Part shown: positions 11,968 to 22,604 of the stretch, piece by piece
Numbering within the stretch: position 1 is the stretch's first letter
Layout: each line of letters starts with the position of its first letter
Assembly (NCBI GenBank): GCA_027604505.1
Contig: JADIIX010000037.1
Span: 124,001 to 175,875, forward strand
Source of the DNA: Gonapodya sp. JEL0774
Lineage: Eukaryota
DNA: 51,875 nucleotides
Direction: 5' to 3'
Notes under the pieces: model-generated
Databases searched by the model: none
What the model saw: only the letters and a program-made list of their open reading frames with translations
Told to the model about the DNA's origin: nothing
Program-made: the position numbers and the translations under genes

Positions 11968-13609
11968 TTGGGGAAATGTTCTGAGAAAGCCAGAGATCGC
12001 CCTGATTCACTGCAAGTGACGAATATTTCATAAAGCGTCGCGCCGGTTTTCACCAACACAGCTCGCTTTCGACGTTGCTCTGGGCTCTGATGGGTTGTGG
12101 TTTCTGGTGGCTACATATCGGGGCAACCTCCTGACGCCTCCCGTCCCAATCAGTCTAACATAAAATTGTTATTTGCTCTTCAAATAAGGAAGCTAGAGCC
12201 ACGGAAACCAGCTATCCCTTATCTCACGGAGACAGATATATCTTCAATTCAAAAGTCGAGACAAATCTCTGCCCAACTGCATTTGTTTACAAATGCTCTT
12301 TTCACTTCCTGGTTTAACGTCCAACTGCAACGGAGTTCTTGAGTAGACGAGCAAGAAAGTACATCAGATTTCTTGGGCACCATCAACTAGCTTCACTCAC
12401 GATTGTCTCCGTCCTCACATCAACTTCGTTTATGATTGTGCGCAAGGCAACCGGATCAACATGCTGGGTTTTACATAATATGAAACAACTTCTAATCACC
12501 GCGCTAAATGCTTAAGCTCCTGTAGACGCTTGCAGCCTTCTGTTTTTTTTTATATACACCATTTAGCGATCGTTCTGTGAAAATTTGGTTTTCTCAAGCA
12601 GTCTGACTGCCAGCCGCAGTTTTGAATAAGTCTCTGAGTCAAGCTGCTGACGTCGCAAAGGACAGTTGCAGATCTCGTTGTGAAGGATTGCAGGCAGAGG
12701 ATGATGACGTTTGCTGTCATGTCGTTCAATCTCATGAAACCCAACCTAGTCCCTCAATACTCACCCTTGACTACAACTGGTGCAACTGGCAACATGGTGC
12801 CAGTGCATGCTATCTGATGAGACTCATTACTGGAAATCGTTGTTGCACATCAGTGAAGATCTTGTTCCCCTCAAATCTGTGACACTTCATACTTGTCCCA
12901 TGTTTTCGTTGACAGAACCGCGTTATGTTCCAATGAGATCAGTCCCCGAATGAACTTTATTTTGGCAAGATCTTTAGCAGGACCCAAACCTTCAAAGGTG
13001 GACTCTGGGGGACCTTGACCTGGCAATGAAAGCTATTGCACATGAGCAAAGATGGATGCCAGAAGTTGGTTAAGTAGATATCCGAGGACCTCCCTGCACT
13101 TAGAGATTTGTTGGTGCTCCTTGATTCTCTGCGATCACCAATTGCTCGCCTTGGGGTCTACTTCTTGTCTCCGACTCTCAAAAACCGGAGTATAAAAAAC
13201 GACGGAAGACTACGACTAGGTTTAAAAGCAAGAACCAACAGCCTTGAGAGCTCACCCAGCGCTCAAGCCAAAGGTAAGAGCGGGTGAAGAAGTTACCACC
13301 GAATTATGTGGTTTCCTTCCACACTGACAACCATCAAACCCGTCGAACGGGCAGCCATCTCATGTTGTGAGCATGCGACACCCACCCAGCTGACTGATGA
13401 TTCTAAGAGATGGAGTTCATGACTGAAAGAAATAGTCAAGAAACAGCTTGAGCTTCATGAAGGCAATTCAACAGTATTCGTTCGCGAGGTGGGCCTTCTC
13501 GACCCGTTTTCATTGAAAGAAGAACACTCGAGAATTCAAACATACGATGTTTAACTGAACCAAAGAGCCGTGGCTTCAGGGTAAAGTTCGAGTCTCGAAG
13601 TGGTGAATC

Positions 13610-14596
13610 TCAAATGCTTCCTCTCGCCACCGAGTCCCACAACTCCGCAACGTTGGTCCCTGTTTTCGAAGAGACAGAAAAAAGGGGAACGTTCCAAGCT
13701 TCAGCCTGTGTTCGGACATGGCCATTGCAATCACTATCCAGACGAACCAACGCAAGAGGTACGGTAAGTGAAGAAAGAGATTCACCTGCTTCGCTGCATC
13801 GCTCTGTTGCACTACAATACTATCGCCTTGGTCCACTTTTAGCCCCACGAGAATCAACCGAGCACTGGGGGCACACCTTCATTCCATATCCGAAATTTTC
13901 CGACATGAGGGACGCCGATGGATAACCTGCAGACAAGTCTTACCGCTTCCATTCATTGTACCAGAAGGTTGTTTCTTGGAACGATTTGGCCGAGAGCACA
14001 TCGAAACAGATTAGCATGACCTTTTTGTTTGGAAAGGGAAGAGTAGGGTGGTTTCTACACATCTGGGACTTTCCCAATTGCGGAGACACACATTTGCATC
14101 GACGTAGAACTGTTCCAATAGCTGCCGATAGCGTTCATGTCCGGCGCAGCACCAGATATAGAGATTGGAGGTGTCCCTGCGACGTGGTTCCATGATAATG
14201 CATCACAACAGGATCTCTGCTCTAATTTAATTGTTTCATGCGACGAAGACTCACGGATTTGTGGCGGGCCGGACCGTCAAATCAGCTCCAAAAGTCTGCA
14301 AGTAGTCCGCACAAAACTCGTTACGAAGGAGTCTGGTGTTCGCAAGAGAGGGGGTTTTGAAGGACATTACGAATGGAAGAAAATCACAGCAAAAATTTTA
14401 TGATCGATGCTTGTAGGCCGGTCCCCAGAGAATGACTATTGTCGCCGCGAGCTTACCTGGTTACAAGCGCCGATTTACCGCACCGAGCTGACCCCACGAG
14501 CACAACTTTTCTGGCATCAAGAGCGGTTGTTGTAGTGGCATTTGCGTTGTTGGCGGATGGTGGCGGAGTAGCCTTTGGATTGGAGCTCGTTATCAT
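13610..14596 (-). CDS. Divergent Rab-like small GTPase without a prenylation motif (6 exons)
   Basis: Spliced: KVVLVGSARCGKSALVTR|LLRNEFCADYLQTFGADLTV..|LYIWCCAGHERYRQLLEQFYVDAN|VMLICFDVLSAKSF..|LILVGLKVD..|AWNVPLFSVSSKTGTNVAELWDSVARGSI*. G1-G5 are in order. Only fragments appear in the ORF track. Confidence 0.85.
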
Positions 14597-14868
14597 GTCG
14601 CTCAGAACCGGACGCTGGACTTTGAAAATGGGTTTTGAAGATTGAAATCACATATTATGTAGTATTATTCGATTAAAAATTACAGAAGACACATAAAAGC
14701 AAAGTAATCGTGTTTGTTCGTGTAATGGCTGCATTGTTGTCGTCAAGATAACTTTAGCGTGAACAAATCCCAAGTCCCAGCATCACAACAAATCCGGGTC
14801 AGGCTCTTGTGTCCCAGCATCACGTCACAGCAGGACTCCGAAATTTGGAAAATGCAGTTCTCAAATTT

Positions 14869-17241
14869 TTACGAGCGGTGCGATTGGGGGCCATTGCGGA
14901 GAGTGCCACTTCCAAATCGTCGAGATCCCGCATCATTGCTGCCACTCGGGAAGGGCCCTCGAACATCCATTTCGGGTCCATCCATTGCAGGCTCTGCAGT
15001 CTCGCGAGTGGCTAATGGCACAGGTCGCAGTACAGGAGCCGATTCTCGCGTTGCAGCACCAGAGTACACAGACACGATGGATGCGGACAACTGGGTGGTC
15101 ATGTATGTTGTCGCGGAAGATACGGAGGCTGGCTGTGTCATGGTGCGACCAGACAATGCAGCGTCAGATTGGGATAAGGGAGATGAGGGTGCCTTGCCAT
15201 TGGCCTGCTGTAAATATCAACTGTGAGAAAAGTGAGCAAGGTTCAGCGAAGCACCACTGACCTTTCCGGAGGCGATCATCCCGAGCATGGATGAGGGGAT
15301 CGAAGTGCCTCCTCTCCTTGAGACCACATCGTGCTCCAGTACCATAGTAGGGCTTCTTGCCCAAGTCGAAGACTCAACTCTCCTTGAGATCGCTTGAACT
15401 GGCGCTCCTGTGTTCGGAGCGTTGGGTAACATATGCCCCGCAAACTCAAGACATGTTCTGATTTATCGAGAAGATCAGACGTTAGGTGTCAGGAACAGCA
15501 AACAGCCAAGTCAACCTCAGCTGAGACTCACAGAGGCATTGCACCATAAAGGCCCGTGTCTAAATTCACCCCCACGCCCCAACCATCTCTGAATATATGC
15601 TTCAGCTCTACCAAATGACCTGGATCAAGAGCAAGTTCATCATCGGAATCCGGTTTGTACTGTTAATTGGGACTGGTTTAGATGCTGCCTTGGCCAATGA
15701 GAGCCACTGGTCTACGAACCCCTTTGACCACTGCACACAATGGCCCCTCGTACGGCACACTGCGGAAGGTCATTCGTGTAGGTCCCGCCAGGCGGCTGAA
15801 CAGCCAGTGGGGCTGAAAATACATGATCATTGAAGTTTGGTGCTGAGCTCTTCCCACGAATAGCGCATTCTCACCACAGGAAGATTCATATCCTCTCCTT
15901 GTAAAGTCGAGGCAGTACTCAACCGTTTGTCGGGGTTGCGGTCGCCAAGCATCGACTCAAAACTGTTGTTCAAAATGATATTCAGTGAACCTGTACTGAC
16001 AATCTGGAGAACGGCAACGTACTCGGTTCCCATCTTTGTGAACTGGCCGGAAACTTTTGCCATCTCGGGATTTCCTCTGGAGGCGTTGCGACGCTTACGG
16101 ACAATGACGGATACTCCAAGAAGCACCGCCGTTAAAAACGCGGCTGCTGCACCACCAATGATTGCACCGATGGGAATAGAGTTGGATTCAGCACGGGAGT
16201 CTGTGCTTCTAGTGTAATGTGTTAATCTTTATTCAGGTTCTCCGGACTGGACCACCAGCGAACTCACGCTCTCGGAGCGGTTTCTGAAGAGTTCGACGAG
16301 AGACCAGAAGCAACTGAAGCAACGGATGTCGATGTGTTTGCAACTACATTGCAGCAATTTGTATTGGACTCGCAGAGAGTCAAGGAGCCTGTCCCACATC
16401 CACAGATCCCTGACGCAAGACCATCGCCGGGTAAGTGCACAGATAACATCAAGAGCAAAAGCAAACGCACCTTGGATACATTGAAGCAGATTAGAGCACT
16501 CAATACCATCACTGCATGGTTGGCCGCCTGCCATCGCTCCACAGCACTTGGTATTGTTACTGCACCCCACCATTGTAGATGGACACCCACATTTGCCTGC
16601 CAAGGGAGAGTTCTCTATTGAAATTGTACCATCGTAAAGTGCAATCACTCACCATTGACGCAGAAGAGCCCAGCTGTACACTCTTTGTCACTGCTGCAAG
16701 TGGCGTTGTATGGTGCAGCTGACGCAATGGGAACACAAGTCCTTTGTCCGTTCACCAATTGGCAGGATTCAAGAGCACCGCAACATCTAGTACTTGTGCA
16801 ACAAAAGTCGTTGACTTTGCTGCAATAGACATGCATTTCTGGTTCGCACTACAATTGAAACTGTGAAGCCATTGCCCCACGAGCAGGGATGAGGCTTGGA
16901 CTCACACAAGTCCAAGCACCGTCAATGCAAACATCTAAGCAAAGCTTTTGGCCTGGCGAGCAAGTAGTGTTTGACGATTGCCGACGAGAAAGATGGGAGT
17001 TCGAAACTGGTATTGCAATGGCAGGTCCTGTGCAAGGAACGAAGGTGCCGACAACGGAGAGAATCGCAAAGCAGGCATTTCAACACATACCTCCAAATCC
17101 TTCCCGAAATCCGAGTTCTTTTGCACCTCGTTCGAGCGAGTCGGTGCGGCGTTTGATGTGGGTGGAGTGGCCCTGAACGGGAAGGGAAAGCACCAGAGTT
17201 GCCAAGAAAGCAACGAAGAGCAAACGGTGACAGTATTCCAT
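14869..17241 (-). CDS. Single-pass membrane protein: signal peptide, Cys-rich ectodomain, TM helix, cytoplasmic SH3 domain
   Basis: Signal MEYCHRLLFVAFLATLVLSLPVQG; Cys-rich exons at 16260-17030; TM IPIGAIIGGAAAAFLTAVLLGVSVIVRKRR; SH3 YKPDSDDELALDPGHLVELKHIFRDGWGVGVNLDTGLYGAMPL|TCL at ~15450-15665; S/T-rich tail to the stop at 14869. Confidence 0.8.
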
Positions 17242-17915
17242 CGTCGCTTTGCGTCTTGCGTGGCAGCGTGAGGGAAGGAGCGTTCCGTCAACTTGTTCTA
17301 CACAATAATCTGGTGGGAATATTTTCCAGAAGGGAACGGCACCTCAAAGTACCCACCTGTTCCGTTGCCCAACAGGGGTAACAGCCGTCGCTTTCTTTTG
17401 CGAAACGGCATTGTTCTATAACTTAGTACAAATAATCAACAAATCCTAGCTGTCTTTTGCGATTCGATTTGCCAGTTTTGGTTTACCTTTCCGGAGTAAT
17501 GGTGCGCCACCTTTGTTGGAATATGTGGCATGGGTTAACCCGAAAAAGGCAACGGAATGCACAAATCTTACACAGACGCAAATTGACGCAAGCAAATGCT
17601 CGATTGGACTATGTTAAGCTTCTGTAAACTCGGGGTTTCCCCCATAGACAAACTAATTATACAAGTAGGTTTACTCGCAGTTCGCGATGATGATGAAATC
17701 CTGGTAGATACTCATTTTTAATTCTCTTTTCCATTCAATTGTTGATTCCGCTTTATATATATGTAAGCAGAGAGGAAAATTATTGGTCAAACTGTCTCCA
17801 GAGCAGGTGAAACATTGAGAAGCAACACATAGCGGACGCCATGTTGCGGGCACAAACCGATTTGTATCCGGTCCACATAACATTATTTCCGCTTCGCTCG
17901 CAAAAAAGCACGGCA

Positions 17916-19850
17916 ATGCGTTCGAGCTCCTTAATCACCTGTGGTTTGGCAACGTTTTGGGCCGTAATTCTGTATGTGGCGACTATACTGGCCTCCCCTT
18001 TCATCGCCGGGAAGACCCAACCTCCTCTTGCAAATGGAGAGTTCCAGGTCGGTCTTGCGTTCGTTCTCTGTCGTGCTAACCTTAGCCATCGCCAATGTGC
18101 GGCTCCAACTGACTTTTCAGAGGGACCATCCGGAAAACCTTCATCCTCGTGGCCATCTTCCTCCATCGTTTCCTGTCGGGAACCCTTCAACGTCTTCAGT
18201 CCCATTCATCTGCGGGTCTGCAGGCTCAATTTGTGGCGGAAGATGCGTTCACAGCAATACCGAACAATGCGTATGTCTGGCCAAAGTGCCGACCTAAGAT
18301 TTGGTGTTCGTCCGATTGAGGGAGTTGAGCGATGATTCTTATTCCAATCTTTTCTTGCTTTCTCAGTGTGACCCTGTTACAGAGCAAGTTTGCAGCAAGG
18401 ATCTGGTGTGCTGTGGGACATTATGCTGTGACAGAAGACAAATGTGCTCCAATGGGGCGTGCCTGGATTCAGCTCAAACAATTGGACTAGAATCAACGAC
18501 ATTCTCTTCTTTGTCAAGTTCTTCGGACATCCCGGCTCACATCGTGACCCCTGCATCATCAATCTATTGGAACGAGAGACCGACTGTCGAAGTTTCCAGT
18601 AACCATGCGCTTCCCAGCTCGACTGTAGTTAATTTGCCACATACCACAATCGCAGACACAAGCCCAGAGGGTTCTATGTTTGCTGCTTTAACCACCCAAG
18701 CGACCGGGATTTCGTGGAGCCCACCAGGACAATTGATAAAAACCCTACAAGGGTCTTTCGAACCTCCCATCGCGCAATTCAAAGAATTAGCAACTAAGTC
18801 CTGGAGTTTTTCGAAAACTTCCAGCCCCGTTTTGTTTAGAGAATTTGAAACGATTGAATCAAGTCCGACCAGTGTAACGCCGACGAACGAAGTCTCGCCT
18901 TCTGTTTTGAGGGCCACTGTATTTAAGTCCGACTCCGGAGAGATTTTGGACTCTCCTGGTGTGTCATTCGCTGAGGATACCTTCACAACTACCTCCACTA
19001 CAACAGTCTCACCAACTACGCCGAGTGTCTCCAGTTCCCCATCGAATATCAATGAACCCTCAACTACTCCAACCTCCACCGAGACTCTGGGTAATCCTTA
19101 CATGGTGTGGCCGGATTGTCAAGCAAGCTCTTTGTGCGGCTCAGAATGCTTGTTCTCCAATCAAACATGTGTGAGTGCGCACCACAATACGTGATTTTTG
19201 TCACATTGACACCGGAGCTTCGTTTCAGTGCAATAGCACATCTGGAAAAAGCTGTACACTTCCTCAAAAGTGCTGTGGTAGCACTTGCTGCGAGGCTAAC
19301 CAGTTGTGTCAGAATGGAACATGTGTGAGAGATCCAAATCCTAGCTCCACTACAGGCACGGCATCTGGCCGTGCATATTCAAGTTGCGGTTGGGGACAAC
19401 AATCTTGCGCTGGATATTGCATCAGTTCATTACTGACATGCGTATGTGGTTCGATCTCAAAATTAACTTTCAGAAGCGGATGTTTGACGTTATTTTCGTG
19501 AACAGTGTGACTGGTATGGTGGAACTTGGTGCGGTATCCAAGGCTACTATTGTTGTGGAAGGAACCAGTGCTGCGCTCCAGGCGTTTGTGTGGACAACAG
19601 TAACTGTCCCTGGGGATCGTACTGCTACAGTTGTTCCGGGGTTGGAAAGCCCAACCTCTGTGGTCCCAGCTGGACGACTGCATGTATGAGCGGGGGATCC
19701 AGCACAAGCGGCACCTTGAACAGCTGCATTTTGCAAGGATGCTCTTTTGGCCAAACGTGCTACGACTGTACATTTGCCGGAAATCTTGCTGGCTCCGGAG
19801 GTGCCAAGTGTGGATATTCATGGAGTTGCGCTTGTGCCGGAGGTTGCTAG
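17916..19850 (+). CDS. Secreted Cys-rich, Ser/Thr-rich modular protein
   Basis: Signal MRSSSLITCGLATFWAVILYVATILA; three C|C..CCG..CC modules around an S/T-rich stalk; two C-terminal CYxC..CGxSW modules. Paralogous to 20244-22353. Confidence 0.85.
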
Positions 19851-20243
19851 ATTGAAAAAATATGTTTGCATTTCATTACCGGGATCTTTGAAACAGGAGA
19901 GAGAAGCATTTTCTGAACAGAAAACACACCATGGTATTTTGGTAGACGTATGACTTATGACTTTATGATTGGCCGACAGGGACATGACTACGAACTTGAG
20001 ATAAACCTATGTAGCTTGACCCACACCGAATAGTACATCATTTCTTCGTGAAGCAGGGGAGTTTCCGGAATAATTCCCAAATTGGGGTCGGGCTCCCAAT
20101 TTGGACAATCTTCGGGCCAACCCTCGCGACCCTTGCAAAACATATAGAAGATAATACAAAGCCACTCTGCCGTTTAAAAAACCTTCCCATATCTCGGAGA
20201 ATCACTGTGTCCATTCCTTTTGCCAGAGAACCGGATCTACCCC

Positions 20244-22353
20244 ATGGCAAACATGACACACAGACGGCTTCTTTCTCGCAGGAGATTCTTGCAGATTGTA
20301 CTCGCTTTTCTGCTTCTCGCCGTGTTCCCGCTCCACCTTCCACGGGCAACGGCGACGAACACTGGCAATCAGATTCTTGACGTACGAAGAGACGGAGATA
20401 TGAATGTCCATGTGCGACAGGTGTGTGGTGCATGATTTCATTGGGTGAAAGGGCCTGTTCGTCATGTATGTCTGGTAACCATTCCAGGTTGTTCGACGGG
20501 ACGTGAACGACACAACGACTGCAGATTTGTCTTCCACGATTGCGTTTGAATCTACCACCGTGGAGGATTCCGCTGCTCCCACCACGACAACGATTGAGAA
20601 TCCGGGAACCACTCGGGAGACCCTGGACACCAGCGCGGTTGAGCAATCGTCCACAACTACGATGGACGTGACTACGATTGTCTTAGCAACGACTAAGAGC
20701 GAAAGTGCAACATCCTCAGACGAGAGCGAAAGCACTTCAACTCTCACCACCGGAACTGCGATCACAACTCGCGAAACGATTGATACCAGCACTTCGACTC
20801 TTCCCAGTACCACTACGACGACAGAGAACGAAATCACACCGACTCTCACCAGTACGACTGCAACGACAGAGAACGAAAGCGCATCCACTCTCACCAGTGC
20901 CATTTCGACGACTGAGGGCAAGAGCACTTCGACTCTCACCAGTGCCATTGAGACAACTGAGAGCGAAAGCACTTCGACTCTCACCAGTGCCATTGAGACA
21001 ACTGAGGGCGAAAGCACTTCGACTCTCACCAGTGCCATTGAGACAACTGAGGGCGAAAGCACTTCGACTCTCACCAGTGCCATTGAGACAACTGAGGGCG
21101 AAAGCACTTCGACTCTCACCAGTGCCATTGAGACAACTGAGGGCGAAAGCACTTCGACTCTCACCAGTGCCATTGAGACAACTGAGGGCGAAAGCACTTC
21201 GACTCTCACCAGTGCCATTGAGACAACTGAGGGCGAAAGCACTTCGACTCTCACNNNNNNNNNNGCGAAAGCACTTCGACTCTCACCAGTGCCATTGAGA
21301 CAACTGAGGGCGAAAGCACTTCGACTCTCACCAGTGCCATTTCGACAACGGAGGGCGAAAGCACTTCGACTCTCACCAGTGCCATTACGACAACTGAGGG
21401 CGAAAGCACTTCGACTCTCACCTCCTCAATTTCAACGACAACAGAAAGCGAAATGTCCACTTTCTTGACTTCGACAATCCCCACTACAACTGAACCCCCT
21501 TTGATTACCATAACTGAGACTACAGCTGAAGTTACCACAACCGCCCCAGCAACTACAACTACTGCAACTGTTGTCAATCCGTACCTGGAGTGGCCCTCGT
21601 GCCCAGTCAATGCGACCTGCGGTGCGACGTGCATGACCAGTGCGCAACGCTGTGTAAGTAGAAATAAGGTGATTCCCCCCAAAGTTCTCTTTTGCTTCTA
21701 ACATAATAAACTTATCTCAGTGCAACGCCGAGACGGGTAAAACATGTACTCTGCCCCAAACCTGCTGTGGCAACAATTGCTGCAGAGGCGGCTATTCATG
21801 CCAGAACGGAACCTGCGTCAAAAATCCGCCATCTAACTCTACTGGGACAGGGACAGGCTCTGCGACAGCTTCTTGCAGCTGCGGCTATGGATCTCAGTGC
21901 TGCAATGGCTACTGTATCAACGCCCAACTTGCTTGTGTGAGTTAACATACTCACGGTGAACGTACATGTCGCTGATTCCGTCTGCTATTCGCATCGTCGA
22001 CCTTTTAGTGCGACCAATGGGGTGGATGGTGGTGTGGTTACAGCTGGCAGCGATGCTGTGGTAATGGTCTGCAATGTTGCACAGTCGGAGTGTGTGTAAA
22101 CGACGGCGACTGCGCAGGTCAATATTGCTACAACTGTGCGGACGTTGGAAAACCGAATCTCTGCGGTCCCTCCTGGACGGCAGCCTGTACGGGAGTTAGT
22201 GGGACTTCAGGTGGCGGAGGATCCACCGATTCATGCGTTACATCGGGATGTTCGACGGCTGGTCAAACCTGCTACGATTGTTCGTGGTCTGGCGAGGCCC
22301 CTGGCACACGAGGGTACAAGTGCGGATGGAATTGGAGTAACGCGTGTCCGTGA
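20244..22353 (+). CDS. Secreted mucin-like Cys-rich protein with a 15-aa tandem repeat (spans an assembly gap)
   Basis: Hydrophobic leader (FLQIVLAFLLLAVFPL), a T/S/E repeat stalk, then the same exon/module series as 17916-19850 (NPYLEWPSC..C|CNAETGKTCTLPQTCCG..; GKPNLCGPSWTAAC; CYDCSWSGEAPGTRGYKCGWNW). Confidence 0.85.
20700..21450 (+). repeat. 45-bp coding tandem repeat (EGESTSTLTSAIETT)n
   Basis: Unit gagggcgaaagcacttcgactctcaccagtgccattgagacaact. Perfect copies in the centre, degenerate copies at both edges. Confidence 0.95.
21255..21264. other. Assembly gap (10 N) inside the tandem repeat
   Basis: Run of N. The true repeat copy number is unresolved and the apparent frameshift is an artefact. 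Confidence 0.98.
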
Positions 22354-22604
22354 AGCCGAGCAGGAACTGGACTTCCTAATGTACTATCGCCACATTATCG
22401 ACTTTTATCTTGGATGCACTTTCTACTAGTTTAGACTACTGGATTCTTGTACACTTAATTTCCACGTGCATAGTTCTCCCTAATCAGAATTTTGTCTGGC
22501 ACTTTTGTGGATCAGAAGTCGCAGATGTTTGATGGAAGAGGCCAGCAAATGTTGGAATTTACCTTCCATCTTCTATTTAACACAGCTGTGGCCACCGCCA
22601 AATA

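Noticed and set aside
12240..13560. Exon-like fragments with splice-like signals on both strands between the MFS and GTPase genes
   Set aside because: Could not assemble a consistent ORF or recognise a motif. A small gene is possible but unsupported.
20900..21420. CRISPR-like regular repeat
   Set aside because: No unique spacers, it is a coding tandem repeat, and the context is eukaryotic.
20202..21682. Long minus-strand ORFs (VRVEVLSPSVVSMAL)n and the alternative plus frame (LRLSPVPLRQLRAKA)n
   Set aside because: Shadow frames of the 45-bp repeat; the T/S-rich frame links to the signal peptide and the Cys exons.
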